This document shows, piece by piece, positions 24,835-38,108 of a stretch of 53,144 nt of DNA; within the stretch, counting starts at the first letter, position 1; every line of letters starts with the position of its first letter. Made by a program: the position numbers and the translations under genes. The stretch is from Chromera velia (lineage: Eukaryota), in contig JAHBMJ010000225.1 in NCBI GenBank assembly GCA_018398765.1, forward strand, positions 1 to 53,144, given 5' to 3'. Under the pieces are notes generated by a model that was not told where the DNA came from, did no database searches, and was given only the letters and a program-made list of their open reading frames with translations.

Positions 24835-26583
24835 ATGCCCGTGCATAACACCAGGCTGGTAAAAGCGAAGGCAAAAGCTCTAGCAAACGCTGTAGCAAAG
24901 GCAAAGGCAAAAGGTCTCGCAAAGGCCGCCGCTCCCAAACCGAAAGCTAAAGCTAAAAGCAAAGCCAAAGCTAAAGCCAAGGCTGCTCTCCCACTTGCTG
25001 CTCCTTCAGACTCAGCCCAACCCAACGCCAACCAGAACGAGGATCCACATGCAGATGGAGAAGCAGTAGGACAAAATCCTCAAGCTGAACATCCCGACGT
25101 CCAGATAGGAGTAGCAGCACCAGCAAACCCCAACCTAGAAGAAGAAAAAGAAGTACAAGAAGTACCGATGAACGAAGGAGAACAACAGGGGGCCTCCAGA
25201 CACAATGACGAGCCTCCAAGGGGACCCCCGCCTCAGTCAGTGCTCAGTAGCATTGACCTCCAATTCCTCAGAGACCTGCAGACTCAGGGATTTATCTTCA
25301 GGTTGGACGGACAGGGGAATGTCGTCCCTGTGCGTATGGATACCAATTACTCTCCCGACATTCCCGAGACTCCCACCAGACATCGTCTCTCCCCAAGAGC
25401 ACATACCGAATCGTGGCATACAAGAGACATACCAAAAGTGAAAGTAGACCTTCCTTCCTTCTCGAGAGATCGAGCACAAACAAGGGCATATTGGGGGAGG
25501 ATGATTCGTTTCTACAATCGGATGCAATGGAATTTCCTCAACTTCAGAGACATGTACTTTCCCTCCACACTCGCGAGTAGAGCCAAAACCTGGTACGATC
25601 AACTTCCTCCTGGGAAGCTGCTTCTCATCAGCTCCCTTGCGCAGCTCACAGACCTCTTCCTGAACGAATATAAATTAACAGAAGCAGATCAAGACTCAGC
25701 AGAAGAAAAGCTTTTTTCCCTCAAACAGAAAGTTACTGAGTCACTCGAAGATTATGCAAACAGGTATCGAAATCTATGCAGTGAGAGCGGAAAGGATATA
25801 GATGCGTCAACTGTCACTAAACACTTCGTGAAAAGAGTTGTTAACGAGACAGTGAGAGTTGCACTGAGAACAAAAGATTACTCTTCGTTTCAAAAACTTC
25901 TCTTAGATGCAAAGAAATACTCTTCTGTAACTCCGGCAACACATCAAGTCTCTGTTTCCAGTGCAAAAATAGGAAGGATGGAACCCCCGGGGGAAAGATT
26001 GGAAATCACCTACCCAGACAGTGATGACGTACCCATGCAAGATGTCCTACAAGGAACCTCTGTAGTGAACGTTGCAAACATCGCACACGAAATACTGCAG
26101 TCAAGGGCACAGTGTACCAAATGTGCAGGGACCAGGACACACACTATGAATAGATGCACGCTTCTACCCGAGATAGAATATAACTATTGTCATAAGAAAG
26201 GATATATTAGAGCTGCATGCCAAATCAAGAGAAAGGATGAGATGGCAGCTGAAAGAAAAGAAAGAGATCGGAGAGGAAGGGAACAGTACATTCAAAATAC
26301 AGACAGAGATCAAAGGGATACAAATGGATGGAGAGGACCAATGCGAGGACCACCGAGAAAATTTGAAGGAAACAGTAGTAGGACACTCAGACCCTACCAA
26401 ACATACCGCCACTTCCCTCCCAATAGACACCCACCTGAGCCGTGGAATCGACCGCATATGAATCCACCAGCGTCTCGAACTCCATTCTCGATGTCGAAGC
26501 CGATAAGACCGAATCACACCATTCCCCAACCTCCGCCTCGACTGGCAACCCATGCGAATGCCATTCCGGTGAACCAAAACTAA
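24835..26583 (+). CDS. Gag-like polyprotein
   Basis: Long ORF with a retrotransposon gag region (AKTWYDQL, LKQKVTESLEDYANRY) and a degenerate CCHC knuckle YNYCHKKGYIRAAC; basic Ala/Lys-rich N-terminus. Confidence 0.85.
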   Translation: MPVHNTRLVKAKAKALANAVAKAKAKGLAKAAAPKPKAKAKSKAKAKAKAALPLAAPSDSAQPNANQNEDPHADGEAVGQNPQAEHPDVQIGVAAPANPNLEEEKEVQEVPMNEGEQQGASRHNDEPPRGPPPQSVLSSIDLQFLRDLQTQGFIFRLDGQGNVVPVRMDTNYSPDIPETPTRHRLSPRAHTESWHTRDIPKVKVDLPSFSRDRAQTRAYWGRMIRFYNRMQWNFLNFRDMYFPSTLASRAKTWYDQLPPGKLLLISSLAQLTDLFLNEYKLTEADQDSAEEKLFSLKQKVTESLEDYANRYRNLCSESGKDIDASTVTKHFVKRVVNETVRVALRTKDYSSFQKLLLDAKKYSSVTPATHQVSVSSAKIGRMEPPGERLEITYPDSDDVPMQDVLQGTSVVNVANIAHEILQSRAQCTKCAGTRTHTMNRCTLLPEIEYNYCHKKGYIRAACQIKRKDEMAAERKERDRRGREQYIQNTDRDQRDTNGWRGPMRGPPRKFEGNSSRTLRPYQTYRHFPPNRHPPEPWNRPHMNPPASRTPFSMSKPIRPNHTIPQPPPRLATHANAIPVNQN

Positions 26584-26644
26584 GGACAAAAACGCTGAAG
26601 CGTGTGCAGTTCCGAGGCAACTGTACACGAACAAAAAGCCTTAA

Positions 26645-29600
26645 ATGAAAGAGGACCGAAAACAACCCGACCCTTCACCCCTTCCTTCTGCTCTCATTGC
26701 TTATATCAGACTTTCTTCACCAGGTGTAGGACTCTTCATTTCTCTTTCTAAAGAAGAAACTCCTTCTACAGTTGTTCTTATTGACACGGGGGCCGAAGTC
26801 TCTTTATTGCACACAAAAGTCTTTCGACGTCTCAGGAAAGAAATACCAGGTTTGACTGTATAAAGAATTCCACTGACTATAAAAGGGGAAGGGGGACAAG
26901 AATTGGGAAATGAAGGGTCCGTCTCTCTGTAGGTAAACATAGAAGAGAAGATAAAAAAACACAGATTTTACATTTCTTCTTCTATCAAAAATGAATGTAT
27001 TCTCAAAAAGTCGTTTTGCAATGAACATATTTTGTCTCTCTCTTTCAACCCCGACGTCCTTCAGCTGAAAGGAGAAGGAGAAAATCTATGTGGGATTTCT
27101 CTCCGCCCTGTGGAAATTCTCAGGAAAGAAAAACAGTTTATCCAGTCACCTCTCTTCCTTCAAAGAAAAGAAACTCTCCCTCTTTCCTCTTTCTCTCATA
27201 TGTCTATCTCCCTACCTGATGATTCTGTGATTCCCAATGGAAGTGTTGTACATGTAGAGGGCAGTTTGGGACGATATGCACCCATGAGGATTTACCTGCA
27301 TGACAGCGTGGGAAAGATAGAAGACCGAAGTGTTCATATTGCTGTGACCAATGCTACATGTCGATCTTTCACTTTCCCTCCTAATCTCTATCTTGCATAT
27401 GCATCTATTTGTGGAACTGAAGGAGAAGAAAATCAAGCGTTTTCAACCATCTGCACAGAAAACAACGAGGGTGGAGAAAAGAATAAGAGGGTGCGACAAG
27501 ACTGCAACATATCAGCCGCACAAATGTCTATATCGGAAGATTCACAAGAAAAAGAAAAGGACGAACTTCTTCCAAAAGAAAAAGAAGAAGCAATCAAACA
27601 AATCAAGGAGACGGTTGAGAAGGCCAGGAATTTGAACCCAGAAGAAAAGAAGAGATTTGAGCTTCTACTATTAGAGTTCACTTCCCTCTTTCCAACTAAG
27701 CAAAACTTGGGATTATTGGGAAAAATCGAACATGCCATAGAAACGAACACAGAAAAACCAGTTTTCATCAGACCTAGACAGGTGCCGCATACGCTCAGAG
27801 AAAAGGTAGAAGAACAAATAAATAATTGGTTGCAGTCAGGAGTAATCACAGAAAGCCTCAGTCCCTGGAGTGCTCCGATCGTTTGCATGAAAAAAAAAGG
27901 ACCAGGAAATAAAGTCAGATTGTATGTCGACTACCGCTGTCTAAACGCTGTTTTGAAGAAGAAAAACTGGCCCTTACCTCACATAGATGACATTCTGACT
28001 CAGCTCTAAGGGAAAAAGTGGTTCTCAGTCATTGACCTTGCTTCGGCTTTCAATCAAATGAAAGTAAGAGAGAAGGATCAAGAAAAACTTACATTTTCTT
28101 GTCACAAAGGATCATACAAGTTTCTTCGCGTACCTTTTGGCATTCAGTCCGCTCCCGCCATACTGCAGAAAACCATGGACCAATTGTTTACTGGATTGAT
28201 GAATGTATGCGCATGGGGGTACATGGATGACTTACTCTGTGCATCTCGGTCTATGGAAGATCACTTCGCCGACCTTCATGCTGTGCTCACTCGCTTCAAA
28301 AATATCGGAGCGAAAATTTCATTCAGCAAATGTTCGTTCTTTCAACAGGAAATACAATATTTGGGCCATAAAATTACACTCACAGGTATTTTACCTTCAG
28401 GCGAGAAAATAGAATATATTAAAAACGCCGTTCCTCCCAAGACTATGAAAGAGACAAGGGGATTTTTAGGGTTAACGGGGTACTACAGGAAGTTTGTAGA
28501 GAAATATGCATCAATAGCAGCACCATTCTATGACCTGACAAAGAAAAACACACCCTTTAAATGGGAGACGGCGGACCAAGAAGCATTTGACAGATTGAAA
28601 CAGATCCTCACCTCAGCGAGACGGCGGACCAAGAAGCATTTGACAGATTGAAACAGATCCTCACCTCAGCTCCTGTGCTTGGCCATCCTCGTTGGAATGT
28701 TCCCTTCATCTTAAAATGTGACGCTTCACACTCTGCCATCTCTGCAATTCTGCGTCAAGAGGACAATGAAGGGCGTGAATATGTAATTTCGTATGCGTCA
28801 AGAGAACTCACATCAATAGAAAGATGCTGGCACATAACTGAGATCGAAATGCTTGCATACACATGGGGAGTTGAGAAATTTAAGCCGTGGCTGTGGGGGA
28901 GAGAATTCATTATTTATACTGATCATGCAGCTTTGCAGTGGGTTCACCGACAGAAAGACACTAACCCCCGTCTTATGAGAATGAGTCTGAAACTCAGTCT
29001 GTCAGGGTATGATTATCGGGTCATCCACAAAAAGGGAACAAGCAATACAGATGCAGATACGCTTACAAGAGGGTGTTTCGTTCACGAACGAATGGAAGAA
29101 AAAGACTCAGACACAGAATCAGATGACTCAGTTGTGGTTGCGGCATACACGATAACGAAGAAAAGAAAAGAAGGAAATCCAGAATCAAACGTACCAAAAC
29201 CTCTTGACGCACCTTTAATCGTGTTACCACACACAGTGGAAGATGTAAAATCTGCACAAAGAAAAGACCCAGAATTGTCACAAATGATTAAATATTTGGA
29301 AAAGGGAGAAATTCCAGAAGGACTCTCTTATCATGAAAGGATTTGTTTAGTCTCTCAAGCCCCTCTGTATTTGATGCATCAAGGACTACTCCTGCGTCTT
29401 CTCCCCCCTACCAATGGACACCGCTCAGGCATACGTTTTCTTTTGGCAGTACCAAAATAAATGAGAGAAGCACTCTTACAGAATTCATATTCACACGTTT
29501 TGGCGGGACACATGGGGATGCACAGGGTGGTCAGGGCGTTGTCCGAGAAATATTTGTGGCAAAGTATGTATTCGGATGTACAACAGTTTGTTCGTACCTG

Positions 29601-30900
29601 CAGAAAATGCCAGATGAGGAGAAGGAATTTAGAGAAAGCACAGTACAAACCACAAATCATTCGAGATGCGCCGCTGAAAAGCTTCAGTTTTGACATCGTG
29701 GGTCCCCTTCCGGTGACAAAAGAGGGATACAAATACATTTTGGTTATACTCTGTCTCGCATCCAGGTACGCAGAATTGATTCCACTGAAAAATCAAAAAG
29801 CAGATACAATCGCAACGGCACTTGTACAGAATCTAATTTATCGTTATGGCATACCAGTGCGCCTGCAGTCAGACAGGGGGGCAAATCTCTTAGATCCGGT
29901 GGTTCAAAGTATCTGTCATTTAATCGGATCAGACAGAGTTCTAGTGATAGCATATTCTCTAGAAACATAAGGAAGAATCGAGAGAATCAATGCAGATATA
30001 AAGAACTCGATGGTAAAATATGTAACCAAATCAGGGAGTGACTGGAGTGCGTATTGTGCCTTTACCGCTTTCATACATAACAGTACGTATCAAACGAGTA
30101 TTGGAATGAGCCCCTACCAGATCATCTTCGGTAAAGAACCCAACAATCCATCGCGTTTGTTGGCAGATTTATCTGTTGATGAGAAATTCCTTCTACAAGA
30201 TTATGTAGAGATTTTGAAGGATGTTAGAAAAGAGAACAAAGAAAGAATGTAACTTTTCCAAACAGCAGCAGAACAAAGAATGAGAAGAAAACTCAAAAAC
30301 GATCCTTCCAAACTAAGGATTTACAAGAAGGGCGATTACGTTTGGTTAGAAAAGGGAACAAAGAAAGACAAGAGGATCGGAAAAGGATTGAATGACTTAT
30401 TTGAGGGGCCTTACTTAATTAATGCTTGTTTACCCAATGAAACTTTCGTTTTACGTAAACCGGGGGCACAGCAAACGATGACAGTCAATAGAAGAAGAAT
30501 CAAACCCTTCCTTTCATGAAATTTGAATGAAAGCGACGTGATGGAAGTGACGTACGAAGAAATCGATGAAGAACCAGAAGAAGTGGTGGAAGTTGCGGAT
30601 GATGAGGAAATGCCTGAGGTAGAAGAAGCAAGGGAGGAAGGGGAAATGAAACAAACTTCGCGAAAACGACACCAAACGGACTTAGCCGTTCAAAAGAAGA
30701 AAACAAAGACAAACAGTGCGGACAGAGACAGTCGAAGAGATTATGAGGTAGAAAAAATTTGTGGTCGAAGGAAGAAAGGAGACAAATTTGAATATCTACT
30801 CAAATGGAAAGGATACGAAGAACTCACTTGGGAGACAGAAGATGACCTCTCGTGTCCCGAATTAGTTGAAAACTACCTGAGGAAAATCGAGGGACAATAA
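26645..30900 (+). pseudogene. Pol polyprotein (aspartic protease, RT, RNase H, integrase, chromodomain) with nonsense mutations and frameshifts
   Basis: Protease LIDTGAEVS; RT SPWSAPIV..VDYR..DLASGFNQ..PFG..YMDDLL; RNase H CDAS..YASR..TDHAAL..ADTLTR; integrase H(S)..H..CRKC, DIVGP, SDRG; chromodomain YEVEKI..YLLKWKGYEELTWE. Stops at 26861, 26930, 28007, 29458, 29968 and 30250. Confidence 0.92.
28565..28670 (+). repeat. Perfect 53-bp tandem duplication inside pol
   Basis: GAGACGGCGGACCAAGAAGCATTTGACAGATTGAAACAGATCCTCACCTCAGC at 28565-28617 and 28618-28670; it shifts the frame between RT and RNase H. Confidence 0.95.
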
Positions 30901-30918
30901 TGGAGCGGGGAGAAGAGT

Positions 30919-31255
30919 GAAGAGAGAGAGCGCTGACTGAATGAAAGAAGAGACGAGACATCGTCGCACATGTGAATGGAAAGAGAGAGCGCTGACTGAA
31001 TGAAAGAAGAGACGAGATATCGTCGCACATGTGAATAGAAAAAGAGAGCGCTGACTAAATGAAAGAAGAAACGAGACATCGTCGCACATGTGAATGGAAA
31101 AAGAGAGCGCTGACTGAATGAAAGAAGAGACGAGACCTCATCGCACATGTGAATGGAAAGAGAGAGCGCTGACTGAATGAAAGAAGAGACGAGACGTCGT
31201 CGCACATATGAATGGAAAGAGAGAACGCTGCCTGAATGAAAGAAGAGACGAGACA
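30919..31255 (+). repeat. 59-bp tandem repeat array, about 5.7 units, just 3' of pol
   Basis: Unit GAAAGAGAGAGCGCTGACTGAATGAAAGAAGAGACGAGACATCGTCGCACATGTGAATG; GCGCTGACT recurs at 30930, 30989, 31048, 31107 and 31166. Confidence 0.95.
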
Positions 31256-33211
31256 CCGCGAGACGCCGTTGTACACGTGAGTGGAGAAGAGAACACCATC
31301 TGAGTGAAAGGAGAAACTGGCTTCTGTATGATGAGAGAAAAGGAGAAACTGTGGTTGCATGAACGGAAGAAGAAGAATCAATTCTGCATAAAGGATGAAA
31401 GGCGGAATTGTGATTGTATGAATGGAAGAAGGAAGTTGACCTCCGCATGAAAAGATGGATGGAAGGAAGAAATGTGGTTGTATGGATAGAAGGGGAGACG
31501 GATATCTGTATAGAGAACTGAGAGAAAGAATTGTGGATTGTATAAATGGAAAGGGAGACGAAGGGAGACTGACCTCTGTGTAGGGAGGAACCATGCATGG
31601 TTGTTGCATGGAATGGGAGACTGGCTCCTACATGAAAATTTGGACGAAGAAGACATCGTTGTGGAAGAAAAGAGACTGCTTTGGGAATGATTGAGGGCAA
31701 ACTTGATAAGAGAAGAATAAAGGGTAGAGGAAGCGTTGTTTGAGTCTGGAATAATTCAGAGAAAGCACCTTCTGACAATAGGGAGACAGACATGAAAGAG
31801 AGCAAGATGAGTGATTGATTATGCATGCGAAAGAGGTGCAATTAGGATCCTAGAGCTGGTGAAGCCAGGAATGCCCGGGCATCGTTGCTGGAAGGCCTTT
31901 TGCCATATAGAAGGACAAGTGGAATACTTCATTCCTTCTCCTTACTCATTTCATAGGCTACGTGTCGTTAGAAATGAGATATTGCCCCGGTCCCGGGAGA
32001 CCATCAGACAGAGGCAAGAAGTAACTGACAGAGAGAGGTACCGGCGTCAAGAGGATTAGAGACCTGCATGGAATGATTGACTCATTCGTAATGAACCGTA
32101 AAGTAATTAATGAAATTTAAAGACCCATACAGTCTGTACATTATATAGTCCGGAGAGACTATGAGTATTCGGATCAAATTCATAAAAGATCATACGATCA
32201 ACCTCTCTGTATAAAGGTCAAGAGCCTTGTTGGGGGCATGGCAAAAATCAACATGGTGAGAGAGGTGGAGGCAGGAGCATAAATTGCGTCCTGGGCTCTG
32301 ATATAGCCCCCCACCAGGCAGGAAGCGACATGATCGCAAGCCCACAGCGCTGAAAATATATGCACAATGTATGAATGAGAGGCACGTGGGCGATGTTACA
32401 AACTTGGAAACATAGAGGAAGATAAAAGAATAGAGAAACATAAACTAACCTTCAGACTCGAGCCAAACACCGGGATAGCGGTCAGCTTGTTTCTCCAAGT
32501 GTCACAAGCCTTGTTCGGATGCGGAGGGCTGGCCACCCAACGTGACGTACAAAGCAATGCTTAGGGCAAGTGAGACTCATACTTCCAGATTCAAGTAAAG
32601 AGATCGATTGTATATATACAGATCGTAGTAAACGTAGTCCCAGGGAACTATACGGAGATGAACATTCTCTTCGCTCAAACCATACTCAAGGAGAAGACTC
32701 GAGAGATGACCTCAAATAAGTAGAAAACTTATCAAGGAGTGATATCATGAGAAGAAGTGATTCAGGTTAGCTGTACTATTGATCATTAAGGTCAGTTCCC
32801 TCTCAAGAGATAGATGGATCTTTACATGCATATATATATACATGCATGCTTTTTCATCATTTTTGAGGCAGGCCCGACGCGGCCCCGGAAAACAAATCTG
32901 CATGCATGAAGCCGCGTCCCCGGTAGACAAATTACGCAAAGTCTGACAAATTTGAAAGTCTGTCAAATTTGAAAAAGTTCGAAATTGAATATACTTTGAC
33001 GGATGTACGGTGTTGCGCAACCATCAACTCACTGAATGATTGTCAAGTTCAAGAACACAAGCACCATCCTCTGTATTCCGTACCCTCACACCTGTCATTC
33101 TTAAGGTTGCGAACACCTTCCCCTTTCAGATTCTCATCTGTATTAATTCTTCTCTCTTAGCCTTCCCTTTCTGGAACAACAGTTGTTCAGCTGTACAAAG
33201 GCATCGAGAGA

Positions 33212-35026
33212 ATGGAAGACAAGAATACAGAAACTTCTCCCAGCTCCGCTCCGCGGCCCCCGACAAAGTTTCTCTCAAGCTACGCACGGAGATCTATGGA
33301 CCAAGCCAAACAGGCTAGCAGAGAAGAGATGCACAAAAGACTGGGTGAGGACACCTACAACTTCATACTAGATCAAAGGGCGGAGTTGCATCAGAGATTT
33401 GAGGCCTATGAAAACCATGACATCCCAATTGGAACAGCCCACGGTCCTGCAGGGTTATATACGGCACAGTGGTAGAAATTTGCCACGAAGGTTTTCGCCC
33501 TGATGATGAGAATGCTGATCAGGGAAGCGGGTCTCCCAGGAGCAGCCATCCTGCTCTACCACTCCTGGATGAACGATATCGCTGTGCTGGCTCTCACATT
33601 CTCTATTAAGGCAGTGGCCTGTCCGAAATCGTGGGATGCCACATTCAAAGCAATTAGGAATTGTCGCCTCCGCCACGAGAAAGACTTCCGCAGATATCAT
33701 GAGGAATATAAAAAGAAACGAATATGGACGGAGTATGAGATTAATTTGGGGAGAGGGGTCGTTAAGGCAATTGGATTCTTAGAGTCTATGACAGGAATCA
33801 CCAAATACTTTGGCATTGGCGCAGTGAAAATTATGAGAGTAATCTTACAACCTTGGAACCCAGACTCCAATGCAAAATATCCAATAGCAGCATGGAATCT
33901 TGCGACTGCTCATGCGGCATACATAGATCATTTCTTTGTCCCGTCAGAAGAAGGATGGCATAGCACTTTCACCTCGAGAGGGTTTTTAATAATTCTAGAA
34001 TTAACATACGAAGACGCATGTGCACAAGGGCTGCATGTGTGGCAAGGTCCTTTCAGACAAGGGACATCAATCCGGTTAGCAGCATTTTCGCCCGCAGAGC
34101 TCTTCCAAGTAGATAATGGAAGATACGGGTTTCCAGTCCATAAAATAATGGCAGCGAATACTTGGAATAGAACCCTTCCGAACATGGAGTATCCATTCGA
34201 ACGGCTGCCACCGGCCTTCCCGATTTCAAATCCTCCGCAGTCTATCAACAATTCCCCAAAAGGACAAGAAGAACCCAGGATTGACGGAATGCCTTTTACC
34301 GATGGGACAGACACTCATCCTAGCTCGTCCAGCAAGAAAAGACAATGCATGGGAGAGGCAACAGATTTCCCCAGCAGACCTGCACACAACAACATCATGG
34401 GTGCTGCTTCATCGGGACAGACCGACAGACAACTGCTAAATTAGTTTTTTCGCTCTCCCACCTTTCCGCTCGTAAGTGATAAAGAGGATGAAGGGATAGA
34501 GGCAGCAGTCCAAGGTGTATCATACCTAACTGGGTCGTTCTCTCCTTCACCACAGAACAACAGGGATGACAGACAAGACGTATCGAGGCTTAGTCCTCTT
34601 CCCTTCCCACCTGATAGTCCAGGAAGGTTCCACAGCCCCTTTCCCTTCGGCTCAAGGCCCCACAGCCCAATGCCCCACAGTCTCAGTCAGTTTTGCCATA
34701 GATTTCACAATCCCATATCACGAACTTCAAGCCCCAGACCTCTCAGCCCTGGACTTCTGTCGATTGACCCTCCTTTCAGAGAATATGAGCAGCAGACACT
34801 GGGTATGATGCCTTCACCTGCAGCCGGAGACTGGGTTCCAAGGTTCAGCCCGACGTTGATTCCCGGCAGCTCCCAGGGAGAAGCTCAACAAGAAGACATG
34901 GGTCAGGTGGCACCCGCAGACTCCAGAGATTCTGACACACAGTCAGATTGTGTTATTCTCAGAGAAGTCAACTGTGGGAACAATGGGGCGGATATGATCA
35001 ATCTTACTCACTCTGAGTCTGTGTGA
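33212..35026 (+). pseudogene. Accessory ORF of about 600 codons in the retrotransposon 3' region, unknown function
   Basis: ORFs 33212-33475, 33503-34444 and 34670-35026 share one frame and are separated only by TAG codons at 33473 and 34442. No recognised domain. Confidence 0.6.
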
Positions 35027-37844
35027 AGAAAATGCAGGAGAAAAGAAGAAGGTTGATTGTCATACATTTTGTTGTTCAGAAGGAAGGCCTTGTTAATCAA
35101 ATGAAGGATTATGGTGAAGAGAAAACTTTGCATTTGAGGGTATGCATAAAAAAAAAAAAATCGTCAGGAAAGAAGGAAAGGAGAAAAGAAAAAATAGAGA
35201 TCTTTTCATAATTTTTTGTATGAGGTGCCTCCTTCGAGTTTGGAAAGGAGGCAACAACAAGGAGGGATATGTTCTATTGAAAGAAGAGTTGCGATTTGTT
35301 GGAAGGAGCCTTAGGGTGCTGGAAGGGGATTCACTGATCTGTTAATTGAAAAAAGTTATGGTTCGCTGTCAGATCTTCGCGGATCTTCCCTGGCAAAGCA
35401 CTAAAATGTCAACACAATTTGTAGTAAAAAACTAACAGAATTTGTAGTAAAAAAAAAAATTAAACGGTTGTGAAAAACCGTCTTAGGCAGGAGGGATATG
35501 TTCTGTTGAAGTTATAGGCAATAAAATGAAGTTAGGTTTTTAGATCGAAGGCTAGTAAGAACGACATAGACTAGTCTTATTTTGTTAGTAAATATTTAGT
35601 TATTAAATTAAGCAACAGGAATGATAGATTAAGAAGTCATGGAGAAAGATCAATCGAAATATAAGAGTCAAGGTTTTATAGGGCTGATATACAGTAAAGG
35701 GTGTTTACCTTGATGGAAGATTGGTAGAGAATGGATGGAAATGAATTAAACACTCGGTATAAAAGAAATAAGTCAGACGATATCAGAAAGCTGATAAAAG
35801 AAATAAGGTTAAAAGGCTTGAGTAAAAAAAAAAGTAATAGAGTTAATAAGAAAGATGGAAACTAGATTGATAGAAGGTTAAGCAATGAGTCTGATGATAC
35901 ACCAATACAAAGCCGATTAATCGGTTCTATATTGGTTAAGGCAAAGTATGTCAAACTTGATACACTTTCAAAAATGAAAGTCTGTCAAACATGATACACT
36001 TACATAATTGATACATTTTCACAATTGGCAACCTTTGCAGGAAACAAGCATAAAATGCAACTTTAGAAAAAAAGAAAAGAAAAAATCGATTAAAAACTTG
36101 ACCTCGGAGTAACAAAATTGAATCCCAAATCGAGTTGACTTACCTTCTGGAAGAATTGACTTGAAGCGATCTGAACCGACCTTCACTGACTTCAATAACA
36201 CTGAGTGAATAATTAAAAGATATATTCAACTCCAATTCTAGTTCTATTCTTCCGTTTCGGCTTTGTCTGACCTACTGAGTCCAGAGGAGCACGGAACACT
36301 CTGGTCTCCCCCCCGTCTCTCAGGGAAAAACTTGATAAAAGATTGAAGTGAGCGATGAATCATGATGAATCACCGTACGTCTTTTGTCATGACCTCACAG
36401 ATGGCAAGTTTAAAAACTTTTCAGGCAGAGATAAGCTGAGAGAAGGAATACTGTCATATCGCATCAAAGTCCCCTACAATCAACCAATATTAATATTGAC
36501 CAGTTATTAAGATTTTGCAAGAACCCAATTAACTCAGGAGTTCTATGAAGTTCTAAGCTTCATTGACTGGTGCCTCCTCGAGCAGCCACCGAGATTTTGT
36601 AAGAGTCATTAGTTGTTTTCCATTGGTAGTTGCTGTAAGCTCTACTGTTTTCCATAAAAACAAGAAAAAATATCGATCGGCAAGCAACCTTCAAGATTTC
36701 CCCTATAGCTTCTGGATATGTCCTTACAATTCCATTTTATTCTTGTCTCTCTGTTCTCTACCAGTGTTCCCACCATTGATATCCCGAACAAGAACCGTGG
36801 ATGCGTACAAAATAATCACCTGGCAGCTTTAGTTGCCTCGGGGGGAACATGAAATTTTCAGAAGAGGACCTCCACGCTCTTCAACTTCGGGGAGAGACTA
36901 TAGTCTGACTTCCTTCACTTGCTTTTTTCCTGAGAGCGATTGAGGCTAGGATTGAGGGCGGGGAAAGATTTCCAGTCAGAACCTCAAACTCACAGTTGCT
37001 GTCAGGCATCCTTTGATGAGGTTAGAGGGGGAGATGCTACAGGGAGATGGGGACTTGGAGATGAGGATGATCGCCGGTGAGAGTCGGACCATGAGATTGT
37101 CGACAGTTAGTGTTGCGTACTAAGTCTTCTCAATTTCAGTCCTCGTCTCCTCTCCTCTCCTATCCTCAGAAGTGTTGTAGTGGACCCAAAGAGATCCAGG
37201 CCTCCCACCTATCTCTCTGTTGAGGGAATAGCGGTGAAAGTGCCCCTCTGAGCCTTGGAGACATGGGCGGGAAGGGCGGAACCTCATAAGTGTTGTTCAC
37301 TCTTCAGCGTGGGAAGAAGGTGGTTTGAGGAAGTCGCTTAGCACCCCTCCTATATATGGAGGGGGGGGAGACTAGCAGCTACGGACGTCGAGAAAATGAA
37401 ACTTCTATCCTCAGGCGGCAGAGAAAGGGGCGATGGACCGGGTCCACATCCACCGGGATTGGGGCAGGACATGCGCCTCGGCGGTGCCTTCGATTTCTTG
37501 GAGAGAAGCCTTACCGGTAAGCCCATGGCTGTGTAAAGAAATTCAGTTGTAAATCTGTTTGATTTTCTACCGAGTTTCCCCATGCATTTATACACAAACA
37601 TGCACATTCATCAGCTAAAAGAGGTCGTCTGAAAGGAGTAAGTGTGAAGTGAACCATACAAACGGAAGTCGACAAAAGGCCACATGTGTTCCAGAGAGGC
37701 ATGTGCCCACTGTAAGCCAGGAAAGTATGAATCAATACAAAATGAGTGCTCCAACAGAGTCAGGGAGCCGTCACAGAAAAGGACACTTGGTCTTCTCGGG
37801 CTGCGGCGTAGAAGTTCTCCTCCGCGTTCACCGCTCCCGGCTCG

Positions 37845-37876
<32 letters not shown>

Positions 37877-38062
37877 GCTGTCTGTATATGTATATGAATG
37901 TCACAGTATGTGTGCATGTGTGTGGAGGTGTATGTATGTATGTGTGTGTGTGTGTGTGTGTATGTGTGTGTGTGTGTATGTGTGAGTGTGTGTGTGTGTG
38001 TATAAATCTGTGTGTGGAGGTGTGTATGTGTATGTGTATATGAATGTGTGTATGGAGGTGTG

Positions 38063-38108
<46 letters not shown>

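Larger units (their letters stand above)
24780..35498 (+). mobile_element. Ty3/Gypsy LTR retrotransposon internal region (chromodomain-bearing), degraded
   Basis: Domain order gag-PR-RT-RH-IN-chromo. PBS-like GTAGGTGGGTCTGGCCG follows ...TGTTTAACA (24779). PPT-like GGCAGGAGGGATA precedes TGTT at 35499. No matching LTR pair was recognised. Confidence 0.85.

Noticed and set aside
30919..31255. Possible CRISPR array
   Set aside because: Units repeat end to end with no unique spacers; no cas genes; eukaryotic retrotransposon context.
36250..37600. Possible minus-strand coding remnant
   Set aside because: Many stops and no recognisable motif; cannot support a call.
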